This document shows, piece by piece, positions 25,927 through 34,892 of a DNA stretch of 64,000 bases. The notes below the pieces were generated by a model that searched no databases, was not told where the DNA came from, and saw only the letters and a list, made by a program, of their open reading frames with translations. The stretch is taken from assembly GCA_023248735.1 (NCBI GenBank), contig JAHFDY010000003.1:915-64914 (forward strand), given 5' to 3'. Numbering within the stretch: position 1 is the first letter of the stretch; the number at the start of each line of letters is the position of its first letter. The position numbers were made by a program, and so were the translations under genes. This stretch comes from Myxococcales bacterium (lineage in GTDB: Bacteria; Myxococcota_A; Polyangia; Polyangiales; Polyangiaceae).

Positions 25927-26849
25927 GTGACCTGCGAGACGAGGCCGCGCAACTTGTTCGATCGCTTCGGGCTTACGTGGAGTGGCAGGTCGAGACGGGC
26001 GCGAGTGGAGTCCCGCGGATGGCACGGCGTGATGCGGGGGTAGTGGGATCAGGATCAGGATCAGGATCAGGATCAGGATCAGGATCAGGATCAGGATCAG
26101 GATCAGGATCAGGATCAGGATCAGGATCAGGAGCGTCCGGGGTTGGGCGCGAGAGTTTGGCGGCTACGTATGCCTTGCCGGATTTTCATGAGCCGGAGCC
26201 ACGGTTGGTGGAGACAGCGCCTGCGAAGGTGGCGCTTCCGGAGGTTGCGGTCGATCGCAATGTGCGGCTTCCGCAGATTGCGGCGGAGGTCTCTCTGTGT
26301 GGGAAGTGTGGACTTGCGGCCACTCGCAACAAGACGGTTTTTTCCAGGGGGAATCCTCATGCAGCGTTGATGTTCATTGGCGAAGCCCCTGGGGCAGACG
26401 AGGACGCGACGGGGCTGCCGTTCGTTGGCAAGGCAGGGCAATTGCTCGACAAGATGATTGCCGCGATGGGCTTGGACCCCGAGCGCGATGTTTACGTCTG
26501 CAATATCGTCAAGTGCCGGCCGCCGGAGAATCGGAGGCCGACGCCGGAAGAGATGTCAAGTTGCTTTCCTTACGTGAACGAACAGATCGACCTCGTCTCG
26601 CCGAAAGTCATTGTCGCCATGGGCAACACGGCGGTCGCGGCGATGCTCGATACGAAGATGGGCATCACGCGCCTTCGTGGGCAATGGAAACTCTATCGCG
26701 GGCGCGTTCCGATGATGCCGACGTATCACCCTTCGTATCTTTTGCGACCGGGGCCGCAGCAGCTCGAGTCAAAGCGACAAGCGTGGGATGATCTGCAAGC
26801 CGTCATGAAAGAGCTCGGGCTAGAACGGCCCCCAAAGCCAAGCCTCTAG
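25923..26849 (+). CDS. uracil-DNA glycosylase, family 4, with an N-terminal extension containing (Gly-Ser)14
   Basis: [17 protein letters not shown]...[29 protein letters not shown] is the family-4 UDG signature. The start overlaps the preceding stop (ATGA). Confidence 0.9.
   Translation: MSDLRDEAAQLVRSLRAYVEWQVETGASGVPRMARRDAGVVGSGSGSGSGSGSGSGSGSGSGSGSGSGSGASGVGRESLAATYALPDFHEPEPRLVETAPAKVALPEVAVDRNVRLPQIAAEVSLCGKCGLAATRNKTVFSRGNPHAALMFIGEAPGADEDATGLPFVGKAGQLLDKMIAAMGLDPERDVYVCNIVKCRPPENRRPTPEEMSSCFPYVNEQIDLVSPKVIVAMGNTAVAAMLDTKMGITRLRGQWKLYRGRVPMMPTYHPSYLLRPGPQQLESKRQAWDDLQAVMKELGLERPPKPSL
26046..26129 (+). repeat. perfect hexanucleotide microsatellite (GGATCA)14 inside the UDG gene, encoding (Gly-Ser)14
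   Basis: Counted directly: 14 uninterrupted GGATCA units (84 nt), in frame. Confidence 0.95.
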
Positions 26850-26885
26850 CGGCGGGCCAACGAGAGCAAATCTCTCAGCATGATT

Positions 26886-28013
26886 TCAGCGACCCATCGG
26901 CGGGCGCGAATGGTGCGACGCCATGGTCGTTCGCCCCTCGACCATCATCTTGAACTCGTCGAGTTCGATTGCGCGCGTCATCGCCTCTTCAAGTGAGATA
27001 AGTCGACGCGAGTAGAGCGAGTAGAGTGACTGGTTCAGCGTCTGCATGCCGTTTTTCTCCTGGCCGACCTGCATCTGACTGTAAATTTGGTGAACCTTGT
27101 CTTCACGAATCAAATTCCGAATCGCGGCGTTCGGAATCATGGTTTCCACTCCGAGCACGCGCCCCGGGGCGCCCATGCGCGGAATCAGTTGCTGCGAGAC
27201 CACCCCCTGCAAAACGAGCGACAACTTCGTGCGCACTTGTGACTGGTGGTGCGGAGGGAACGCGTCGACGATGCGATTGATAGACGAGATCGCACCATTG
27301 GTGTGGAGCGTGGCAAACACCAAGTGGCCCGTTTCGCTGATCGTGAGCGCGGCTTCGATCGTTTCGAGATCGCGCATCTCGCCGATGAGTACGACGTCCG
27401 GATCCTGGCGGAGCACGTAGCGAAGCGCGTGCTTGAAGCCCTCCGTATCCGAGCCGATTTCGCGCTGATTGACGATGCTCAATTTGTGCGGATGAAGGAA
27501 CTCGATCGGGTCTTCGATCGTGATGATGTGCAAACGTTGCTCGGTATTGATCTTATCGATCAACGCAGCAAGCGTCGTGCTCTTGCCTGAGCCGGTTGGA
27601 CCCGTGATGAGAACGAGGCCGTTCGGCTTGTTCGAAAAGTCGGACACGATCGCAGGAACACCCAACTCATCGAACGTCGATACGCGAAACGGAATCGTAC
27701 GAAACGCACCGGCAACGGCGCCGCGCTGTGTGAAAATGTTCGATCGAAATCGCGAGAGGCCTTTGATGCCGAAGCTGAGATCGAGCTCGTTCGACTTTTC
27801 GAACTGCGCCTTCTGCTCTTCACTGAGCGCGGAAAAACAGAGCGCCTTCGTTTCGACCGGCCCAAGCGGCGGCAGCTTCAGCGGAACCATGGCTCCGTCG
27901 ATGCGCAACATGGGCGGCGCACCGGTCGTGATGTGCATGTCGCTCGCGCCCTTCTCGACCATCGTCTTGAGGAGCTGATGCAGGTTGAACTTGAGGTCGC
28001 CGGATTGGTTCAT
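26886..28013 (-). CDS. pilT: type IV pilus twitching motility ATPase PilT
   Basis: 375 aa. The N-terminus is LLKTMVEKGASDMHITTGAPP, Walker A is GPTGSGKSTTLAA, and GHLVFATLHTNGA is present. Confidence 0.9.
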   Translation of the reverse strand: MNQSGDLKFNLHQLLKTMVEKGASDMHITTGAPPMLRIDGAMVPLKLPPLGPVETKALCFSALSEEQKAQFEKSNELDLSFGIKGLSRFRSNIFTQRGAVAGAFRTIPFRVSTFDELGVPAIVSDFSNKPNGLVLITGPTGSGKSTTLAALIDKINTEQRLHIITIEDPIEFLHPHKLSIVNQREIGSDTEGFKHALRYVLRQDPDVVLIGEMRDLETIEAALTISETGHLVFATLHTNGAISSINRIVDAFPPHHQSQVRTKLSLVLQGVVSQQLIPRMGAPGRVLGVETMIPNAAIRNLIREDKVHQIYSQMQVGQEKNGMQTLNQSLYSLYSRRLISLEEAMTRAIELDEFKMMVEGRTTMASHHSRPPMGR

Positions 28014-28181
28014 GAGGTTCGTTCACCGCATGATACGCGCTTATTTTTGTAAGTATTGCTGAAGCTCTCAGATAGGCATTTCGAATCCAAGTTGCGGGTA
28101 GGGTGCTCGAGGGGAGTTGCCGAACTCCTCTCGAACATAATCAGTCACGACGGAACTCGGCGGGCTTTGCCCGACGGGTTC

Positions 28182-29114
28182 CTAGCGCCGCTTGTAGCCG
28201 ACCACCGTTAGCGCGGTCAGCTCGCTGCCGCTGTCGGGCACGACTCGGCCGCCGGTCACCTTTCCGGTTCCGAACTTAGCCAGCGTACCCTCTTCCACCG
28301 CATGCTCAGTGTCGAGCTGCGTGCCTACACCACCAAGCAAATAGAGGTCGACGGCCGTTCCCTCTGGCAACGTGGTCGGCAACTTGGCGCCGATTTTCAC
28401 CGGGTTATCGCTAAACACCGCCACGTTCATGTTTGGGGAAAACGCGACGAGACCGTCAAGGGTTAGATCTTTTGGCACGAAACACGGACGCGCCGCGGGA
28501 TCGATCGGAGCCGCGCTCAACCTTTCGTATTGATCGCTTTCGGTGATCGCGTCCGGCGTGAGCGTTACCTCAATGTCGCCCGGAAATGTAACCGTGCGCG
28601 ATTGCTTGATATCGCCGAGCGGTGGAATCGAAGTCGGCGCCGCTAGCCTATACAGAACTTCATCGGTCGCATTGTCGAGCACGCCGCGGTTTGGCGTTAA
28701 CGTCGGAGTGCAATACGATTCCGAGAGGCGCTGGTTCGTTGCCGCGGGAGCGAGTGCGTGAACCGCCGCCTTGTCGACGCAACGGTAGTTCTTGCTGATG
28801 GGATAGTTGTACCACCCGTTCTTCGTCGTCTTGACGTAAGCAAGGCAGTTGCCCAAACCGTTGCCGAAAACGCAATACCCTACGCTCGCACCCTCGATTG
28901 GTGCGCCGGTATTGTCGACGACGCGCCCCGTGGCAGCTGCGATCCATGACGAGGTGCAGTCGGCAGCCGCCACGCGGTCTTCGTCCGTAAGCGTGGGCAC
29001 GGGGCGAGTGTTGGTCTCTTGAGGAGGCGCCGGTGTGACAGGCGACGAGCAGCTGGCAAGCGCAACGAGCGCAAGCGCAAAGTGGGGACGAACAGGCGGT
29101 GAGTCGATAGTCAT
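28182..29114 (-). CDS. hypothetical lipoprotein
   Basis: 310 aa. The signal/lipobox is FALALVALASC. Its ATG overlaps the upstream gene's stop by 4 nt. Confidence 0.6.
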   Translation of the reverse strand: MTIDSPPVRPHFALALVALASCSSPVTPAPPQETNTRPVPTLTDEDRVAAADCTSSWIAAATGRVVDNTGAPIEGASVGYCVFGNGLGNCLAYVKTTKNGWYNYPISKNYRCVDKAAVHALAPAATNQRLSESYCTPTLTPNRGVLDNATDEVLYRLAAPTSIPPLGDIKQSRTVTFPGDIEVTLTPDAITESDQYERLSAAPIDPAARPCFVPKDLTLDGLVAFSPNMNVAVFSDNPVKIGAKLPTTLPEGTAVDLYLLGGVGTQLDTEHAVEEGTLAKFGTGKVTGGRVVPDSGSELTALTVVGYKRR

Positions 29115-29851
29115 TCGAGTCCGAGGGCTGTGCGAATCTCCGTCTCGTCATCGACTTGTCCGACCGCACCGATGATATTGCCCGGTTTGACAATGAGCGC
29201 GATGCGCGCGCCAGCGTACCGCGTGCGCGTCGCGATGAAGCTCGTGAAGCTGTCGCGTCCGAGTGGCTCGTAACCAAGGACGTATCGATCGCCAAGATTG
29301 AAGCGCTTGCGCAACGCTTCCGCGGTTGCAACGGAGCCAACAGCCCCTTGCGGATTTTCTGTGGACACCAAGATGACGTCGACGCCGTCAGCCTTCAGCT
29401 GATCGAAAAAGCCACCGGTCTTCGTCCATTGGCCAAGGTGAGTCATGCAGATGCCGCACGTCTCCGTGACACTAAGGATGTAGACGGGCTTGGCGCAGTT
29501 GTCCTCAATCGTGTACTCGCCACCTTGAGCGAGAGGAAAGCTGCCCGGCTGAACCACTTTGCCAACCGCTGCCCCGACTGACGCGGTCGCTGGACAAGTT
29601 ACGCCATCGGGCACTTTGGTCTCGCAGCGGCCCGCCGTGGAGCAAGTCTGACTCCCGCCGCAAGTTCCGCAACTTGTGCCTTCTGTATCCATGCCGCAGA
29701 CGCGACCGCTACACGAAGCTACGGGGGCTTGAACGGGGTCACCTCCCCGCGTCGGGCCACTGACCGATTTCTTCGTGGAGCTCGCTGGGTCGGGGGAAGA
29801 ACAGGCAACGCCAACAATCGCAAACATGAACGCTAGGCAAGATGTACGCAT
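29111..29851 (-). CDS. lipoprotein with a Cys-rich N-region and a thioredoxin-like (TlpA/redoxin-like, CGIC) domain
   Basis: The lipobox is AIVGVAC. GTSCGTCGGSQTCSTAGRC is followed by YILSVTETCGICMTHL...VDVILVSTE, which resembles a CxxC redoxin fold. Confidence 0.55.
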   Translation of the reverse strand: MRTSCLAFMFAIVGVACSSPDPASSTKKSVSGPTRGGDPVQAPVASCSGRVCGMDTEGTSCGTCGGSQTCSTAGRCETKVPDGVTCPATASVGAAVGKVVQPGSFPLAQGGEYTIEDNCAKPVYILSVTETCGICMTHLGQWTKTGGFFDQLKADGVDVILVSTENPQGAVGSVATAEALRKRFNLGDRYVLGYEPLGRDSFTSFIATRTRYAGARIALIVKPGNIIGAVGQVDDETEIRTALGLE

Positions 29852-29924
29852 GCGGCCACGGTAGCCGACTTTCGACGAGGCGCCGCCCCAAAAGGGTCAC
29901 AAATGCGGCCTGAACGGCAACAAC

Positions 29925-30587
29925 TTACCGTTTTCGCAGCAACGCGACGCCAATCGCACCGAACCAGCACGCAAACACAAAGAGCGCAAGTGAGGTCACC
30001 GGCCCGCCACCGGCCAAGAAAGGCGGCGTCCAGATAGAACCCAAGCTTGCGGCAAATGAAATAGCGGCCGTTACGATTCCCGAGGGCGCCACCCATCGCG
30101 GCAACGCATTCGTCGCCCGACATGCCCATGCGACAGCCAGCGCGAACCCGGACACCGGCAACATGGCGAGCGCGAACCCAGCTTCGGCGATGTCAGAAGC
30201 TACTTTCGCGCCGAGTTCAAGTCCGGGTGCCGAAAGAAACGGTATCGCTTGAAAAACGACGAGGTCAGCGGTCGCGACGCCGAACGCAAAAATACCAGAG
30301 GACAAGACAACGAGCCACGACCAGCCCTCGTTGTCTTCGGCCCGACGAAAGAGCGCCGAGAGATATGAGAGCGCTAGCAAACCGGGAATCATGGCCGCAA
30401 TCCCCAAGTAATTTCCAACTAGAAATTGCATGCGATGGGATGAGAAATAGGATGCGATGCTTGCAGGACTCGCCCCAAGCACCGGCACCATGTCGGGAGC
30501 AACCGCAGGGAAAATTGCCACCGATAGCAAGGCAAACGCAACGCCCGCAGCACCGGCTTCACGGTGTCCTTTAGGCCAATTGAGCAA
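29925..30587 (-). CDS. hypothetical polytopic membrane protein
   Basis: 220 aa with about six hydrophobic segments. No catalytic motif was recognised. Confidence 0.6.
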   Translation of the reverse strand: MLNWPKGHREAGAAGVAFALLSVAIFPAVAPDMVPVLGASPASIASYFSSHRMQFLVGNYLGIAAMIPGLLALSYLSALFRRAEDNEGWSWLVVLSSGIFAFGVATADLVVFQAIPFLSAPGLELGAKVASDIAEAGFALAMLPVSGFALAVAWACRATNALPRWVAPSGIVTAAISFAASLGSIWTPPFLAGGGPVTSLALFVFACWFGAIGVALLRKR

Positions 30588-30643
30588 CCGCGTTTCTCCT
30601 CATACGTTTGACATCTTGCATTCGTCTGATGTCTTGCATTCGG

Positions 30644-32353
30644 TCAATCGGCCATGGTGACGCGCATCACTTCTTCTGGCGATGTAACACCGTCAAGAAT
30701 CTTACCGATACCACTCATGCGCAAGGTCATCATGCCTGCTCTCACGGCGGCCATCTTTAGTTCTGCGGTTGATGCGCCCTGAAGCACCATTTCCTTCAAG
30801 CTGTCGGTGAAGCGCATCACCTCGTAGAGCGCGATTCGCCCTTTGTAACCCGTTCCGTTACACGTTCGACAGCCCTCACCCTTCAGAATGCTGCCATTGC
30901 TCTTTGCAATTTGCTCGGGGTTGAAACCGCAGTCTTCGAGGACTTTCCGGTCGACCTTGACCTGCGTCTTGCACTCGGCGCACACCTTTCGAGCAAGGCG
31001 TTGCGCGAGTACCAAATTGACGCTCGCGGTGATCAAAAATGGCTCGACGCCCATGTTAAGAAGACGCGAGATCGTGGCAGGCGCATCGTTGGTGTGGAGG
31101 GTCGACATCACGAGGTGACCCGTAAGCGCGGCCTTGACGGCAATTTCTGCTGTTTCAAAATCGCGCACTTCGCCGACCATGATGATGTCCGGGTCTTGAC
31201 GTAGAAATGATCGGAGCGCAGTCGCGAAGTTGAGTCCAATATCGTCGTGCATCTGCACTTGGTTGATGCCTGGCAAGTTGTACTCAACCGGGTCTTCGGC
31301 AGTGCTGATGTTGTGTCCCGGCTTGTTGAGCTCGCTGAGGCCCGAGTAGAGCGTGGTTGTCTTCCCTGAACCGGTCGGCCCCGTAACAAGCACCATGCCC
31401 CAAGGCTGATGGATCGCCCATTGAAAGTCCTCGAGAGGTTTCACATCGAAACCGAGTTTCGTCATGTCGAGCTGCAGGTTGCCCTTGTCGAGGAGACGGA
31501 GAACAATTTTTTCGCCCCACATCGTCGGCATGATGCTCACGCGGAAGTCCATCTCGCGACCTTTGCCGAGCTTCAGCTTGATGCGACCGTCTTGTGGCAA
31601 ACGTCGCTCGGCGATGTCGAGTGAGCTCATGATTTTCACGCGGCTCGCGATCGCGTTTTTCAGCTTGAGAGGCGGCGTCATCTCCTCGACGAGGACGCCG
31701 TCGACACGATACCGAACGCGCAGCTTCTTTTCGTACGGTTCAATGTGGATATCGCTCGCCTCTTGCTTGATCGCATTGAGGAGCATCATATTTACGAGTC
31801 TGACAACCGGAGCGTCTTCGCTGGCGCGCTCAAGCTCCATCAGGTTCAGCTCTTCGTCGTCGCCGGTAAAATCGATTTCGTTTTCGTCGAAACCGGCCAT
31901 CACCTCTTCGTACGAAGGGCCGACGTTGTAGTAGCGCTCGATGGCACCAAAGATCGCCGTTTCGCTCGCGATGACCGGTTCAATGTTGTAGCCGGTCAAG
32001 AACTTAAGATCGTCAATCGCGTTGAGGTTCGTCGGATCGGCCATCGCCACAATCAGCGAGTTGCCCGATCGCGAAACCGGAATGATGCGATGACGCTCGC
32101 ACTGTTCACGCTGCACGAGTTTGCGAATGTCAGGGTCGATCTCGTACTCGTCGAGATTGATCGTCGGCACCCGGTACTGCTGCGACAAGAAGGTCGTGAT
32201 CTCGTCGTCGCTCACATAGCCAAGGCGCGCGAGCGTGTAGCCAAGGTTCTGACCTGACTTCTGCTGCTCGTCTTGGGCGTGTCGCAGTTGAGTTAAGCTG
32301 ATGAGCTTCTCGCGAACGAGCAATTCCCCGAGGCGATTCGTCCCGCTGGCCAT
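30644..32353 (-). CDS. pilB: type IV pilus assembly ATPase PilB (GspE family)
   Basis: The N-terminus from ATG 32353 is MASGTNRLGELLVREKLISLTQLRHAQDEQQKSG. Walker A is GPTGSGKTTTLYS. The C-terminal tetracysteine motif is CAECK...CRTCNGTGYKGR. Confidence 0.9.
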   Translation of the reverse strand: MASGTNRLGELLVREKLISLTQLRHAQDEQQKSGQNLGYTLARLGYVSDDEITTFLSQQYRVPTINLDEYEIDPDIRKLVQREQCERHRIIPVSRSGNSLIVAMADPTNLNAIDDLKFLTGYNIEPVIASETAIFGAIERYYNVGPSYEEVMAGFDENEIDFTGDDEELNLMELERASEDAPVVRLVNMMLLNAIKQEASDIHIEPYEKKLRVRYRVDGVLVEEMTPPLKLKNAIASRVKIMSSLDIAERRLPQDGRIKLKLGKGREMDFRVSIMPTMWGEKIVLRLLDKGNLQLDMTKLGFDVKPLEDFQWAIHQPWGMVLVTGPTGSGKTTTLYSGLSELNKPGHNISTAEDPVEYNLPGINQVQMHDDIGLNFATALRSFLRQDPDIIMVGEVRDFETAEIAVKAALTGHLVMSTLHTNDAPATISRLLNMGVEPFLITASVNLVLAQRLARKVCAECKTQVKVDRKVLEDCGFNPEQIAKSNGSILKGEGCRTCNGTGYKGRIALYEVMRFTDSLKEMVLQGASTAELKMAAVRAGMMTLRMSGIGKILDGVTSPEEVMRVTMAD

Positions 32354-32437
32354 GTGCTTTATGATACGGGCGAACACGGGCGCGCGTGTCCTGTTTTGGG
32401 CGCGCGCCGAAACGTGCCATCATTTCCGCTCGCTGCC

Positions 32438-33589
32438 ATGTGGGACACTCTCTTCAAAAGCGGCAAACGGCGCGCGGCGCAGCAAGCAGCGCTTGCTGGC
32501 GAGTGGGAGCGTTCGTCCCAGCTATGGCTCGAAGCAGGCGATCCGAGCGCTGCATGCGGCGTTCTCATTTCCGCCGCCGATGCTGAGCGCGAACCTGCGA
32601 AGCGACTTGCATGGTTGGCGCGTGCCGCTCAGTGCGTGCCTCCAGGCTCACCGGATATGTCAACCGTATTGACCAAACGCGCCCAATTTCTCCTCGCGCT
32701 TGCGGGGGAAGGCGCGCTGGACCGAACGTTGCGATTTGATCTCGACGAAACGGGTGCGCTACTTCTTGATGCTGCGCAGTTCGACCTCGCCCTAGCGATA
32801 TACAAGCGGACCGACAACCGGGTCGGTGTCGAACGCGCCCTCGCCGCCGCCGGATCGTTTGAAGAACTCGACTATCTGCTCCGCGAAGAGCAAGCAAAGG
32901 GTGAGAGCGCTCAATCTCTCCGCACCAACATGGGGGAGGCAGAGAGCCTTATGCTCGCGGGCGATCGGCGTGGCGCACTCGCTCTGCTCTCGAATTTTGG
33001 TGCGGGTTCACCCGCGGTCGCGGCAATTATCAATCGCCTCACGCACAGCCGAGCGCAACGGAGGCCCGCGTCGCTCAACCTTGACGGCCGCCCCGTTCGG
33101 GTTTGGTTCGACACGGAGCTCATCATCGGCCGAAGCGAAGGTCAACTTCGTTTACAACACGCCGCGGTGAGTCGACGTCACCTTGAGATTGCGAGCAAGG
33201 GCGGCCGGATCGTGGTCCGCGATCTCGAAACCCGCAACGGGACCTACACGCAAGGCTTGCCCATAGGCGGCCCCATCACGCTCGAGGGCCGGCTTGAGCT
33301 CGCGCTTGGCCGCGAGGCGACCGTCGTGCTTACGCCGGAAAAAAAAGGGGCGTGCAGCATCAACATGGCAGGCGAATCCGTCTTTGCTTCGTTTGGCCCC
33401 TACTCGATTGATGGCATCGGCGTGCTTCGCCCGAGCGACGACGGCCAATGGCTCGAGCTGCATTCGCCAGACGGAGCGCTCATGCTGAGCGATGCGCGAG
33501 AGCTCCAAACCGATCCCTTGGTTACCCTTCTCTCGGGCGACAAATTTGTGCGATGCCGGGGCGACAAACCCGCGCTCGAGGTGTTGTGA
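32438..33589 (+). CDS. FHA domain-containing protein
   Basis: ATG 32438 was chosen as the start. The FHA core is IIGRSEGQLRLQHAAVSRRHLEIASKGGRIVVRDLETRNGTY. It is divergent from pilB. Confidence 0.8.
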   Translation: MWDTLFKSGKRRAAQQAALAGEWERSSQLWLEAGDPSAACGVLISAADAEREPAKRLAWLARAAQCVPPGSPDMSTVLTKRAQFLLALAGEGALDRTLRFDLDETGALLLDAAQFDLALAIYKRTDNRVGVERALAAAGSFEELDYLLREEQAKGESAQSLRTNMGEAESLMLAGDRRGALALLSNFGAGSPAVAAIINRLTHSRAQRRPASLNLDGRPVRVWFDTELIIGRSEGQLRLQHAAVSRRHLEIASKGGRIVVRDLETRNGTYTQGLPIGGPITLEGRLELALGREATVVLTPEKKGACSINMAGESVFASFGPYSIDGIGVLRPSDDGQWLELHSPDGALMLSDARELQTDPLVTLLSGDKFVRCRGDKPALEVL

Positions 33590-34839
33590 TGGGTCTTGCG
33601 GATTGGCTCAAACAGACCTTCGGGAAAGCCAGTGCGAAGGCGGAGTCGATTGTACCCCCGACGCCCAGCGCGCCGATCGAAGTGAGCCGACTGGCTGCCT
33701 TCGGCACGGAAGGAGGCCCTTCGCTCCACGAGGCACTCGCGCTCTTTCGACATGCGCGGCAAACGACCGACGAAGGCAGCGCTGTCGCGACGCTCGTTGC
33801 GCGCGACAAGGTAGTTCCGCTTCCTGACGAACTTGCGCTCGAAGTTGGACGCGCGCTCGACGATCGTGGGGAAGTAGCCGAATCGATCGCGATCCTCGAG
33901 CGCTCACGCAGCCCGGTAGCGCGCATCCTTTCGGCCGACATTCACGAACAATCTGGCGCGTATGCGGTGGCACTCGCGCTGATCGAGAAAGTGCTCCTCG
34001 TCGACTACGAATATCCTGGTGCCAAGGAGCGCCTCCTGAGGTTGCGGGAACGACTCGGTATCGTGCACGCGCAGGTCGAGCGCACCCATGGGTCTGCCAC
34101 AATCGTGAGCGAGCGTCCGAAGGCACCCTTCACCATCCTTCGTGAGGCGGGGCGAGGCGGAGCGGCTACCCTCTTTGCAGCACAGGACACAGTCCTTCGG
34201 CGTCAGGTCGCACTCAAGGCGTTTCACAATGGTCGTTCCGATCGCGCCGCTCTTTTGCACGAAGCACACACGACGAGCAAACTTGCCGGGCCGGGCGTTA
34301 TTCGCGTCTTCGACGCAAGCCCTGATGACGGATGGCTCGCCTTCGAGTGGGCCGAGGGCGGATCCCTTCGCGGACGCCTCGATGCAAAAGATGAGCGACT
34401 GATCGATGCCGCCCTTTGGCTCACTCCCATCGCGCGAACGCTCGCGCGTATCCACGGGGCAGGCTTCGTTCATCTCGACATCAAACCGAGTAACGTCTTG
34501 TTTCTTGACGGTTCGTCGTTGCGCTACCCAATCGTGAGCGACTTCGGCTCCGCGCGCCGGGAGGCTGAACCCTCAGGATCGGGCAGCCTCGGCTACGTTT
34601 CACCGGAACGCCTTTCGGGTCGCAATGCGCATGCCGACGACGACGTCTATGGCTTCGGTCGCCTTGTCGAAGACGCGCTCGCCGCACTCGCCGGCGCGAT
34701 GCGGCCGCAAACCGGTGAGACGCTGGGAACTCTCGCACGCCAGTGTCTGGCGCCGACGAACGTGCGTCCAAGGGACGGGGGGGCTCTCGCGGCGCTGCTG
34801 TCGACCTCCTCAATCCGATCGTCGCCAAGCGACTCGTGA
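33589..34839 (+). CDS. serine/threonine protein kinase with an N-terminal helical (TPR-like) region
   Basis: The start overlaps the FHA gene stop (TGATG). Kinase motifs VALKAF, HLDIKPSNVL, SDFGSA and GYVSPE are present. Confidence 0.85.
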   Translation: MGLADWLKQTFGKASAKAESIVPPTPSAPIEVSRLAAFGTEGGPSLHEALALFRHARQTTDEGSAVATLVARDKVVPLPDELALEVGRALDDRGEVAESIAILERSRSPVARILSADIHEQSGAYAVALALIEKVLLVDYEYPGAKERLLRLRERLGIVHAQVERTHGSATIVSERPKAPFTILREAGRGGAATLFAAQDTVLRRQVALKAFHNGRSDRAALLHEAHTTSKLAGPGVIRVFDASPDDGWLAFEWAEGGSLRGRLDAKDERLIDAALWLTPIARTLARIHGAGFVHLDIKPSNVLFLDGSSLRYPIVSDFGSARREAEPSGSGSLGYVSPERLSGRNAHADDDVYGFGRLVEDALAALAGAMRPQTGETLGTLARQCLAPTNVRPRDGGALAALLSTSSIRSSPSDS

Positions 34840-34892
34840 CACACAGTTGACCTCTGCTAAACAAGACACATCTTCACTGAACGAGACTCTCA

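Noticed and set aside
26046-26129. Whether the GGATCA repeat block could be a CRISPR array or other non-coding repeat
   Set aside because: The units are 6 nt with no spacers. They are in frame inside an ORF with a clear family-4 UDG domain, and no cas genes are present.
33339-33346. A8 homopolymer inside the FHA gene as a possible phase-variation site
   Set aside because: It simply encodes Glu-Lys-Lys in frame. It is a single short tract with no evidence of variability, so it is not distinctive enough.
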